Translations under genes and position numbers: made by a program
NCBI RefSeq assembly: GCF_004010195.1
Contig: NC_057719.1
Location: forward strand, 4,557,464-4,621,463
Reading direction: 5' to 3'
DNA from: Chiloscyllium plagiosum
Lineage: Eukaryota
DNA length: 64,000 bases
Part shown: positions 38,236 to 49,134 of the stretch, in pieces
How positions within the stretch are numbered: the stretch's first letter is position 1
Layout: each line of letters opens with the position of its first letter
The notes under the pieces: model-generated
What the model was told of the DNA's origin: nothing
The model's input: only the letters and a program-made list of their open reading frames with translations
Database searches by the model: none

Positions 38236-38755
38236 TTAGATGAGAGGATTCCTTAAGTTAATTAATGAGAAATTTATAAACCAAAGCACTAAGAGATAAT
38301 GTTTCCAGCCTGGATGTCCAGTTTCAATAAGAATGTAATCAAAGCATGAGATCGGCCAAAAATCATTTGAAGAGTGCTCAACAAACAACTGAATTGTTGA
38401 ATACGATAAGTCGATTTCAACTTCTGAATTTTCCATTTCTGATTCATTCTACAATTGGCTAATAGTTGTATTTCACTTTTTCTCACTGCCATAAATATAC
38501 TTTTTTCCTTCTTATCCTCCCTGTCACAATATCTCTTTAACATGTCAATATAGACTCATAGTCACTTACAACACACAAGGAAACGATTTGGCTCAGTGTG
38601 TCTGTGCCGATCATTAAAGCTCTAACTGCATTAATTGAATTTTCCAGCTTTTGGTCCAGAGGAGTCTATGGCACTGTAAGCAATAGTTTCTGATTCAACC
38701 ACTTTTTTCAGACAGTGAATTCCAATGTCCAACCAGCCTTTCAACTCTCAATATA

Positions 38756-39119
38756 TGGATTAGTGGTGCTGGAAGAGCACAGCAGTTCAGGCAGCATCCA
38801 AGGAGCTTCGAAATCGACGTTTCGGGCAAAAGTCCTTCATCAGGAATAAAGGCAGAAGTGAGGAAGCTGTTGAAGTCCACATTGATGCCCTGGGGTTGTT
38901 CCGAGGCGGAAGATGAGGCGTTCTTCCTCCAGGCGTCTGGTGGTGAGGGAGCGGCGGTGAAGGAGGCCCAGGACCTCCATGTCCTCGGCAGAGTGGGAGG
39001 GGGAGTTGAAATGTTGGGCCACGGGGCAGTGTGGTTGATTGGTGAGGGTGTCTCGGAGATGTTCCCTAAAGCGCTCTGCTAGGAGGCGCCCAGTCTCCCC
39101 AATGCAGTCTCCCCAATGC
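38756..39119 (-). mobile_element. PLE family A 3' end: GIY-YIG C-terminus and terminal repeat with hammerhead (38813-38846)
   Basis: IGETGRLLAERFREHL...PVAQHFNSPSHS...RRLEEERLIFRLG; rc ctgatgaaggacttttgcccgaaacgtcga. Confidence 0.88.
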
Positions 39120-39250
39120 GGTCCAACAGGTTTACTTGAAATCACAAGCTTTTGGAGTGCTGCTCCTTCATCAGGTTCACCTGACTATAACCTGGTGTTG
39201 TGTGACTTCTGACCTTGTCCACTCCAGTTCAACATCGGAACCTCCACATT
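39120..39250. mobile_element. Self-inverted PLE family B terminal fragment
   Basis: gtccaacagg...ccttcatcagg (-), then gactataacctggtgttgtgtga (+). Confidence 0.75.
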
Positions 39251-40064
39251 GTAAGAAAACTGGACTGGTTTTTTATTCCAACACTACAGGACCACACTGA
39301 ACAAGAAGTAGGCATGCATCAAAATTGACTTAATAAAAGGATATTGGCAAATTCCATTGACTAATAAGGCTAAAGAAATGCCAGCTTTTGTACCACTGGA
39401 TCTCATTTAGAATGAAAATTGCATGAGTAACTTTCCAATGATTAACCAACAAAGTCATCAGAAAATTGAATTCAACTACAATCTGGAATAAAATGCTAGC
39501 CTAATTGTGACTATGTAAAAATTCACCTATTTCACTAATGTCCTGGTCTGGATTACATGTGACTCCAGTCTCACAGGGATGCATTACCATTAAAAAACAT
39601 GCTTACAAACTGAATTCAGAAGACATTAGCTCAAGTGATGGAAGAGATTAAGTGCATGAGAAACAATTGCTTGATGTGCATTTTGGATGGGCAATAAGTT
39701 CTGGTTTGTCCAGTGATATATAATTTGGAAAGGGTATATCAGCCCATGTGTAAACGTACCTATGTGTGTGCCTGTGTATTTATGTGGACTGACCGCTTGA
39801 CTGTGGATTTTTAACTCATGCAATAATGTACTGGTGAAGTGAGTCAATTGTCCATTTCAGATGTATTAAGAACTTTATCTTTATTGATTTCAAGAGGAGA
39901 GAAGTAAAATAAGTCGCTTTTACTATATCACAGAAATGCAACGTTACATCCCTTAAACTTTGGTTCTTCTTGCACTTGACAGGTTGAATGGCTCTTTCTT
40001 GTTGTAGTTATTTTGTGACCCTACATCTCTTAAGTTGTATTTCTATTAATTCCTGTCATTTCAG

Positions 40065-40158
40065 AATTTATCCAACAATGAATTACGAACATGGGGAGTG
40101 GAAGTATTGTGTAAATTGCTTCCACTGAACATTTCACTTAAGTGCATCAAACTCTCAG
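40065..40158 (+). CDS. LRRC74A: LRRC74A-like exon (NLSNNELRTWGVEVLCKLLPLNISLKCIKLS-G)
   Basis: tttcag acceptor, GTAGGT donor, 94 nt, phase 0/1. Continues the LRR register from exon 12675-12782. Confidence 0.9.
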
Positions 40159-40319
40159 GTAGGTGCTATGCCTTATAAAGCTGAAAACACTTATTTTCAT
40201 CAATACAGTTCAATCATAGCTGTTCTCAAATATGACTAATCATAATAGAGAAGCAGGTCACAATGACTAGTGATCTATGGTAAGTCCCAGACATATATTC
40301 CAAATCAATAGACCAGGTT

Positions 40320-40817
40320 GTGAAAGGGTTAGACTTGAAACGTCGACCTCCACCTCCTGATGCTAGCTTAAAAATGTGTTGCTGGAAAAGCACAGCAGGT
40401 CAGGCAGCATCAAAGGAACAGGTGAATCGGCGTTTCGGGCATAAGCCCTTCTTATGCCCGAAACGTCGATTCTCCTGTTCCTTTGATGCTGCCTGACCTG
40501 CTGTGCTTTTCCAGCAACACATTTTTAAGCTCTGATCTCCAGCATGTGCAGTCCTCACTTTCTCCACCTCCTGATGCTGCCTGGCTTGCTGTGTCCTTCC
40601 AGCCTCCTGTGTTCTTCCAGCTGTGTCTACTTTGGATTCCAGCATCTGCAGTTTTTTTTGTCTCTAACCAAGTTTGTTCCACTGCAAAGTCTCTTCAAAG
40701 GATGCCCACTTTGAAGAAGTTCTCTGCCCTGAAGACGGGTTACACCCAAAACATGGACTTCTCCACCTCTTGATGCTGCCTGGCTTGCTGTGCTCTTCCA
40801 GCCTCTTGCCTGTTCTA
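40320..40817 (+). mobile_element. Cluster of PLE terminal repeats containing a nested palindromic family A insertion (40365-40561)
   Basis: Two decayed hammerhead-like units (40320-40347, 40728-40758); 17-bp TSD ctccacctcctgatgct 40348-40364 / 40562-40578. Confidence 0.8.
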
Positions 40818-40962
40818 TAGTAGCAGCAGCAGCAGCAAAGTGATTTGAAAGGCAAATAGATGGAATAATGCACAACCTAGGGCAGCAAATTTCTCTTCCT
40901 GTCTCTGAATTTAAAAGTGAAAAGAATTCACAAGTGTAACTATTAATTGATTTTTTTTCCCA

Positions 40963-41320
40963 AGTGAGTTGGTAGTCCTCTTGCCTCTGAGACACAGGTT
41001 GCTGGGTTCAATTCCCATGTCTGAGCACAACACTTGCAACTGCAGTACTGAGGAATACTCTGTTGGAGGTTCTGTCTTTGAACTGAGATGTGAAACTGCA
41101 GCCTTACCATTCTCCTTGTTTGAATTTTTGGAAGAAGTGCTGCTGAGTTACCCCACTGTGCTGGTCAATATTAATCTCCAAATTAACATTGCAAATAACA
41201 AAAATTCTGGTCATCATCACAGGATTGGCTATGGGAGTTTACTGGGCACATAATGACGGTTACGTTTCCACGTTCCAAATTTTACCATACTTCAAAAATA
41301 CTGCACTCTGGGACATCAGT
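40963..41320 (+). mobile_element. Old DeuSINE-like (SacSINE1/AmnSINE-type) element
   Basis: tRNA-like head gttggtagtcctcttgcctctgag...gggttcaattccc, tgcagtactgagg, ctggtcatcatcac core (recalled consensus). Confidence 0.55.
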
Positions 41321-42539
41321 GATCATAACATCAGTGATCAAATCATTTTCTTTAACATTGGTTGTTAGTTCAGTGATAATAATTCCACCTGTGATTCATG
41401 CTTTTGCTTTTTTTTATGATTACAAGTCCTATTACGGTGGATAATTTGATCTTCCATGTACAGTATATCATGTTTTGACTCAGAAGGCAGAAGTGCGCTG
41501 ATAATCAAGCTCTGCTATAGTATGAGTCTTACCAAAAGAGCAAATGTTTTATTTAAATCACCAAAATTTGTATTACCATCCAAAATAAATGTCCACAATA
41601 CTTCAGCAGTTAACTAAAATAATTTGTGTATTTTAAGAAACTTTGTTCTTACAATATTTGGTAAAACTGGTGAACAACTAAGCTACCATGCACAATTAAT
41701 CAATATTCACTTAATTCCACACACATTCACATAACAGACAATACAGCTCTGCAGAAATGATACAGCTTGTTTAGAAAAAACAAGAGAAAAAAATAACGTG
41801 GTGGGCCAAGAGTTCAAGTTCAAAGGAAAATTTCAGAAGAAATCTCACAGTCTACTAGAGTTCCTTTGACGGGATTGAAGTGCTCACATCCATATAATCA
41901 ATGAGACCTTCAAATCCTACTTGAGTTCAGATGAGTTAGTTTGAAATCCTGATACTTAACTTTGTCAGGCTCTTCACAATATTTCAGCCAAAGAGAGATC
42001 TTTGCAGCTGGTTCTGCTTTTGGTTTTTCAGTTACCTTTCAGTATTTCTAGCCTGGAGGCCTTTCTTCAACGGACATACCACAGGTATACAGGAAAGCAT
42101 AGCAATTGGAGTTCAGAAGCTGTTGCTACACAACTTTGAGCATAGGGCCACTCACAAACCAGTCTGTTCAGCAACTGAAGCCATAAAACCCATCTATTCC
42201 TCTTAAATGTTCTGCTTCCTTTCCACAAGGTTGTTTGGCTTCTTGTAAACAGGTGAACCAAAACACACTTTAACTTCATGACCTTTTACTTCCAAGAAGT
42301 CAAGGAGCAAATACTCCTCAACCCAGAAACTGTCTACATCTTTTCCCTTTTTTAGCTTCTTTCACAGAATAATTTTTAAGGACTATGTTTTCCCAACAAG
42401 TAAATGATATGCAACTAATAGAAGCTGACTCCCAGACTTATGAGGAAAAGACTGAAAAGATTATAATTTGATTAAACATCTAAAAATGTGGTACCAGCCA
42501 AATGTGTTCAGGTTAAGGCTGTACTCTCAAATAAGAAGA

Positions 42540-42960
42540 GAGTGTTTGGACAAGACTCAACATTGAGTTCATCAACTTTATAGCAAGAGCACTGCCTTCT
42601 ATTTTGATGACAACCCCTTCCTCCACCCCAATGTCTTATTTATATGGTTTGGCTCTTACAAAGCTGACCTATTCTTACTTTTCACACCTACCATTATAAT
42701 ACCTATTTTGCATTTATATCACTCTATTATGACTATTAACACTCCTTTGTCCTTTGGTCTAAGCACCCTCATTACCTGTTCTAGTCATCTTCCAGCTTTG
42801 TCAACAGTATAACGAATATAATTTTCCAGCTGCCTTCAGTTCCGAAAGAGTCACATTGGATTTGTTTCTCTCTCCACAAAATTCCGCCTGACGTGCTGCA
42901 TTTCTCCAGCATTTTCTGTTTTCAATTTAGTTCCCCAGCATCTTCAATACATTGCTTTTG
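42540..42960 (+). mobile_element. Old PLE 3' end
   Basis: gactcaacattgagttcatcaactt (GIY-YIG C-terminal LNIEF.NF) and decayed terminal repeat ...tttctccagcattttctg. Confidence 0.55.
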
Positions 42961-43808
42961 TAATAGAACAAGCAGAGATCCAGGTTCCTTCTAACCTCAG
43001 AGCAGTTTCAAGCATCAGAGGCAATGCAACTAATACAGGACACCGGAATGTGGGAGATGATCACTGGCCACCCCAAGACTTCAGTTGTTCACTGCCATCA
43101 GGAAGCATTCTTGGGAGCCAAGTTCATTTCCATGCTATTTAATTTTAATGGAAGACCAAATCAGTCATAGAATAAAGGTTCTAATTATTAAACAAAACAC
43201 TCATATATGAATTATAAGTAGTTATTGACATTGGACTAATGGCTCCTTAATCGTGGTAACCACCAGGCAATTCGCCAACAGTAAATGTATTGTTTATTTT
43301 GTATTCTTTACGGTGATGGATGTTAATGCTGTGAAATGGAATGTCCATGATGTATCAAGCACTCCCAGATTGAATATAACATACTCTAAGTTAATTCTTA
43401 ACCTAAATAGGCCCCCAAGGGTAGGACAAAATGGGGATGCTAAATTGGACACATTGCACTGTGCCAGCTGCTACCAGTTCTCCTCTCCTTGCCTGTAGAT
43501 TTTACCCATAAAAGGGCAAGCATTAGCTGGTCTGACAGCTCTTGAATACAACAACGCCCTTTAGTGACTAACTAAGGGCCACTGATTGCCTCCTTCTACT
43601 GTTACTGTGATATATATTGCAGGGAAGCTCATTCCAAATGTCTATATCAACCAGTTAAAGCTGGCAGCCTAATGGTCATGGGACAGTTGCCCCTCCCCAC
43701 CAATGCCCATTTGGGCAGCCTAAGCATTGCAAAATGCTCTCAGAATGATACCCCAATGGTAACTCAATGCAACATAACGTCATCAAAACTTCTTTCTTCA
43801 ATCTGCAG

Positions 43809-43858
43809 GTAACAAGCTGAAATGCAATGCTGCTTCATATTTTGCCGATACTTTATCC
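43809..43858 (+). CDS. LRRC74A: LRRC74A-like exon (GNKLKCNAASYFADTLS)
   Basis: ctgcag acceptor, GTAAGT donor, 50 nt, phase 1/0. Confidence 0.88.
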
Positions 43859-44712
43859 GTAAGTAAAGACGCCGATTTTTGATGAAATTCCAAAGTCTAT
43901 TTCCAACCGAACTGAAAGCTGGCTGGCATTTCTATTTTTTTCTATTAGACAGACTAATTGGAACAAGAGTTGAGTACTTATTTCTCACTTTCCCACCTTT
44001 TCTGTCATTTGTGCTTCCCATTTGCAATGTCGCTTCAGCAATCAAGATGACAGCCAGTTAATCTCACCCTACACTGGGGATAATCCACTCAGATATGAAG
44101 ATTGGATTGATTTTTACTTTTTGGGATGGGATTTGAAAGTTTTAATGACATAGCAAACACAGTCAAATGCTGCACAGGCCAAGGTGGTTGCTAAGATGTT
44201 GGGCCAGTTGTCGATATTGCTCGTAAACGATAGATAGGTAATCAGTTTACTTTGAAGGCCAGTATAATTTGTTATTCACTGTTTGGAAGAAGTGAAATTA
44301 GTTACAAAGGAGGTTGTATATGGTCTAGTCAGTCAAGTAACTTTTGTAGTATCTAGCTGACTTAGATTTTTTTCAGTTTTTTTGCTGTGGATAAGATGCA
44401 CCTGGTAATTTTGCACTGTGCCAGGCAGATGTCAGTTTTGACCTTGGCTTGGAATAGCTGGTAGACAACAGCTTGTTCAGATTAATACATTTTCAATATT
44501 ATGGTTAGAATGTTGTCAGTGTCCATACCCCTTGTTATGTACAGTGGATTTTAATGTTTAATGCAAAATGGATGTAGCTTCTGAAATGGTGGCAACTGCA
44601 AGAAGAGTTTCTAGATTAAATTAGGTGGAAAATCATATGTTCATGTATGATTAATTTGATGGAAGATTTTAAAAACAAATTCTAGCTATTTTTCTCAAAT
44701 TTGCACCTACAG

Positions 44713-44794
44713 TCTAATTTCAGAATTTCAGAGCTGGATCTCAGTTACAATCAGTTTGGTGACAAAGGAGCAGAGTTCCTGGGACAAATGCTAG
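44713..44794 (+). CDS. LRRC74A: LRRC74A-like exon (SNFRISELDLSYNQFGDKGAEFLGQML-A)
   Basis: cctacag acceptor, GTGAGA donor, 82 nt, phase 0/1. LDLS.NQF.D.G.E.LGQML motif. Confidence 0.92.
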
Positions 44795-45219
44795 GTGAGA
44801 ATTAACTTCACAGATGTCACATGATCATTCATTTGGTTCTGTTATTTTTCATAACATAGATTTCTTACTGTAGGTAAATGTATGACGAACATTTTTGTTG
44901 CTCCGATCAACAATATACTCAACAGGAAAGGATGTATTCTATTCCAGAAATCCAGCGGGAAGGATAAAAAAGGAGCTAATCTTTTCACATATTTACATTT
45001 CTTTACAGAATTACACCTTGCATGTACCTTCCAACTTAACAATTTTAGGAGATGTTTATTTTATAGGGCTCAAATGAATTCTCAGCTAAAACCCACCAGA
45101 TATATATAATATACAGCTATTTAAGTGACATCTTTCATTTCCCCAATCCTCTCCATGCTCAACATTGAAGACACAAGTGACCATCCCATAATAAGTCCAA
45201 TAAATCAATGCTCATCTGA

Positions 45220-45467
45220 TTCCGAGCTGGTTGGCCACACAACCAGTGTACTTCTATTGGCTTTTGTTTTTGGTAACTGATTCCTGAACTGGCTGATCTA
45301 CACAGCCAGTTTGTTACTGGCATTCCTTTTTTGAGGACTAATTTCTGAACTGGCTGCTCTTCACAGTCAATGTGAACTGTTGTATTTCAGTTCTCATTAG
45401 GAAACTGTTGTTTCATTGGCTGGTTGCAGCCTGTGTGTTACTCTTTTTTTTGTAAAAAAAAATCAAT
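45220..45467 (+). repeat. Second copy of the unclassified repeat, with three tandem stem-loop units
   Basis: Homologous to 4275-4455(-); ACTGGCTG-n7-CAGCCAGT hairpin. Confidence 0.65.
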
Positions 45468-46115
45468 CTTTGTGCAAAAGTTTAGACAGTTAGGAGACTG
45501 ATCTGAGTAGGATAAACATTATAGCCTAGTACTCACTGAAATTTAGAAGAATGAAAAGTGGAAGCACTTGTTACAACCAGGTGGGGAGATGTAATTCAGC
45601 TCCTCTCTTATTAACTTTTTGTGGTCAGTCAGAATAAATAGTTTATTTTCTTTTTAACATTCAACTATCACATTTCAATTAAAAATGCAGTTACCAAAAT
45701 GAAACGGTTTTCTTGAGTGAAAGAAAGTTAAATGTATCAACTCTAATCTTCATAAAAACATTAAAACATATCAAACACAGGAAATACATTTTTTAAAAAT
45801 GAGAGTGTGATTGGCACAAACAGGAAGATAAAGGCATACAATTTAAATATTCTCAGAATTCTTGAGGTGTTAGATTTTTAAACTGAGATACAGTTGTTTA
45901 AGTGCTGACTCGTATCCTCTGCTATAGTGATATTTGTAGATATCTTTGAGTTCTTGGTGAGGGTCTGCTTCCCCAATTTGTTTTCTCACCAGGGACTGTC
46001 TTCCGTTACATTAAGAAGGGATGAGGGATAAAGAGAGAGACAGAACTTCCAGGTTGCTATTATAGGCCGATCATTCCTTCACTCTGCTCTGCTGCACAGA
46101 AGTATCGTCTGTTTG

Positions 46116-46232
46116 TGCAGTGATTGTAACAAGGTCAGCCAGGTGGACCTCATAGAATTTGAGTTCTGTGATTGGGGCTGTTGATATGGTCTAATCAGGG
46201 AGCCCTGGCTGGCAGATATAAATGGGCTGTCT
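46116..46232 (+). mobile_element. 5' part of Gypsy LTR (same family as 53786-54025)
   Basis: gattgtaacaaggtcagccaggtggacctca shared with 53792-53822. Confidence 0.8.
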
Positions 46233-47237
46233 GTAGGAGTGTGTGTGTGTCTGTTGGCGTGTATGTGTGTGTGGGAGTGTGCATGTGTCTGTATGGCATC
46301 TGTCTGTGTGTGTGTGTGTCTTTGTGTATGCGTAGTGCAGTGGGGTTACCTATAGTATGAAATGAACCCAAGGTCTCGGTTAAGGCCATTCCCATGGGTA
46401 CTGAACTTGGCTATCAGCCTCTGCTTGGCCACTTTGCATTGTTGCACTACACACACACGCACAGACATACACACACACAGACAGACGGACACTCACAGAT
46501 AGACACACAGACATTCTGACACATATACACAATCCTACGGACACACACACACACTCCTACAGGCCCATACACTCACACAGACCCTCTCTCACATACAAAC
46601 TTTCTCTCATATGCTTACACACGCCCTCTCACAGACTTATATCCCATTACACTCACACACACACACACTCTCACAGACACTCATAACAGCCTCCTCACCC
46701 AACACATACACACCCATGTGAACATATATATGTTTGTGGGGTGAATTTGTACTTGCAGAATTACATTGTATTTTGCTCAAAAATTGCATGAATCCATGTA
46801 AGATTCTGTAAATCTGTTTTTTAGATTAGAATCAGTCTGACCATTGTGGCATAGACAGTCTCACACAGGGCACCTTACACCTTCAATGCATTATCTGGCC
46901 TGACATGACACTAATTGTTAAAATTCAGTTGAGAATATAACTTCTAAAAAGTTCTGCGATTTACATATGAAAGAACTGAAACCAATGTGTTCATTCTAAA
47001 AGATGATAGACTTAACAAACAATCCAGGTCTTTTTCAATATATAATTTCAGTTACATCACACTGTAAACTTTCGCTATAAGTTCTGTGTCTTATGGTCTT
47101 ATACTCCACAACCACCTGATGAAGGAGCAGCGCTCCGAAAGCTAATGTTTCCAACTAAACCTGTTGGACTATAACCTGGTGTTGTGTGATTTTTAAACTT
47201 TGTACACCCCAGGCCAACACTGCCATCTCCAAATCAT
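46233..47237 (+). mobile_element. PLE family B 3' region with 5' inversion (GIY-YIG tail inverted at about 46350-46445), (CA)n UTR and terminal repeat
   Basis: Homologous to 8718-9660; ends ctccaaatca. Confidence 0.85.
47113..47147 (+). ncRNA. Minimal hammerhead motif (PLE family B), intact core, sense to host pre-mRNA
   Basis: CUGAUGA-A-GGAGC(AGC)GCUCC-GAAA-GC-UA; one helix I mismatch. Confidence 0.7.
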
Positions 47238-47509
47238 TTTGCTAGTATGGAACTGTTCTCAACTGAAACCTGATTGTGGCCCTGGTCTGTCTTTCTGCAT
47301 GTCATAAAATATGAACTTTGTAAACATTTCATTAATTAACTCCCGAGATTGTTTATATAGTCACTTGACTAAAATCATTTCTTTTAAATTCATGGTTCAA
47401 AAATGACTTTCTGACCTCTTGGGACATCAAAGTTACTTCTGCAGAACTAAAACCAATAACCCAATTACCTTCACTTTAAAATCTAAATTCCCAAATGATA
47501 ACATATATC

Positions 47510-48240
47510 AGACACTGCATTTTGGCAGGAAAAATAGAGGAGCATAATATTATTTAAATGACAAAAGCCTGCAGAAAGATATAAAACATGAATTACAAAA
47601 AGCTGGCATCCAAGTTCAGTGGGTAATAGGGGAGACAAATGGAATATTGCCATTTATTCCAAAGGGTATAAATTCAGGCAGGTTTTGCTAAAACTATACA
47701 AGGGACTGGTCAGATCACAAATGAACACGATGAATAGTTTTGGGCCCCTTACCTAAGGAAAGATATACTGGCATTACAGGCAATCCAAAGACATTTCATT
47801 AGGTTGATGCTAGATAGGGAAGGGCTGCCTAATAAGGGAAGGTTGAATAGATTAGGGCCTGTAGAATATAGAAGAATGAGAGGTGACCCTATTTAAAATA
47901 GAAGATTCTTAGGACTTGACAGGGTAGATGCAGAGAAGTTGTTTCCCCTTATGGAAGAGTCTAGGACCAGACAGCATAATCTCAGAATAAAGATAAGAAT
48001 AAGAGATGAGGAGGAATTTCTTCTCTGAGTAGGTAGTGAATCTCTGGATTTACCACAGAGATCTGGGTCATTATGTATATTCAAGGCTGAGGTTGATTTT
48101 TAATTAATAAGAGAATCAAGAGTTATGGGGAAAAGGAAGAAAGTGAAGTTGAAGATGATCAGATCTGCCATGATCTCACTGAATTGTAGAGTAGGCTTGG
48201 ATAGATGGTCTTCATCTGATCTACATCTTATGGTCTTAGG
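47510..48240 (+). mobile_element. Old CR1 3' portion
   Basis: tagaagaatgagaggtgacc, gaggaggaatttcttctctgag, tail tcttatggtctta. Confidence 0.75.
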
Positions 48241-48579
48241 AACGGCTGTTGTTGTTCTAAAGTTTTACTGTGTTTAAAATGGGAATTCTGAGATTCATAA
48301 CATCAGCACTAATTGGTGATTGGTTGATCCATGATGCTGGTGGAGAAAGTAGGTGAAATTTGAGTCGGTAGCTTAGGAGTGAAGTATAGTGCATTATTAA
48401 AATACTTTTGTGTGTGCTGCTTCTGATACGCGTGATGACATTCTGCCACTTGTTATACCACTGTGAATATTGGTCTCTGCTACTCTATGTTAAAAAATAC
48501 TTCTAATTTTGTTACTATGGTTACAATTTAAATAGACTGTTCTATTTGCTGAAATTTCTTTTTTTCCCTTTGCTGAAAG

Positions 48580-48665
48580 CAACCAATGAAAGTTTGGAAA
48601 TACTAAATCTGCAATGGAACCAGATTCAAACAGAGGGCGCAGTGGCTTTGAGTGCAGGACTACGG
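48580..48665 (+). CDS. LRRC74A: LRRC74A-like exon (ATNESLEILNLQWNQIQTEGAVALSAGLR)
   Basis: Long pyrimidine tract plus AAG acceptor, GTGAGA donor, 86 nt, phase 1/0. Confidence 0.9.
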
Positions 48666-48741
48666 GTGAGAGGATACACTTAAGATCAGTGTTTATTTTT
48701 CTCCCTTCTTTTTTCTTCTAAGCATAGTTCCACTGTCCCAG

Positions 48742-48863
48742 GAGAAAGTGAGGACTGCAGATGCTGGAGATGAGAGCTGAAGAAGGGCTTATGCCCAAAA
48801 CGTCGATTCTCCTGCTCCTTGGATGCTGCCTGACCAACTGCGCTTTTCCAGCAACACATTTTC
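48742..48863. mobile_element. Self-inverted PLE family A mini-insertion 76 bp downstream of an exon
   Basis: ctgaagaagggcttatgcccaaaacgtcga; TSD agttccactgtcccag / agttccaccgtcccag (48726-48741 / 48864-48879). Confidence 0.82.
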
Positions 48864-49134
48864 AGTTCCACCGTCCCAGACAAACCTCCATCTACCGACT
48901 GTCTGTACATCTAGGGGGTGAAATGAACCTCACTGGCTATGCAACAAATCCACAAATTGGAAGAAATGATGGATTCACATCTCATCTAATATTGTGCTCT
49001 CGAGGTAGCAAAACTAGCCTTGTACTCAAAGCCATCAGGTCTGGATGCGCAGTCTGCAAGACAAGTGGAAGCAGGGACAGTAATAACTTTCCAAAGGAAA
49101 TTGGTACATACTTAAAAAGGAATCTTATCAGATC

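Larger units (their letters stand above)
33930..39460 (+). mobile_element. Decayed Gmr1-like Ty3/Gypsy LTR element (LTR end about 34258; gag, zinc knuckle, protease, integrase, then RT) with several nested insertions
   Basis: LTR-like end gggatcataaca; gag RNPPF..F.E..IE.YF..SEK; CFHCNK about 35980; ILKDTG about 36822; HFYW...FCQTCH, RFPEGVPL, FFTRYG..QSDQ, SSACHPQ, WDKGIPLLLF (37430-37950); KIDL*KGYWQIPL...AFV about 39322. Confidence 0.75.
45569..47503. mobile_element. Possible solo LTR (TGTTAC...ATAACA) with nested LTR fragment and PLE
   Basis: TG...CA termini with tgtta/taaca short inverted repeat; no TSD identified. Confidence 0.35.
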
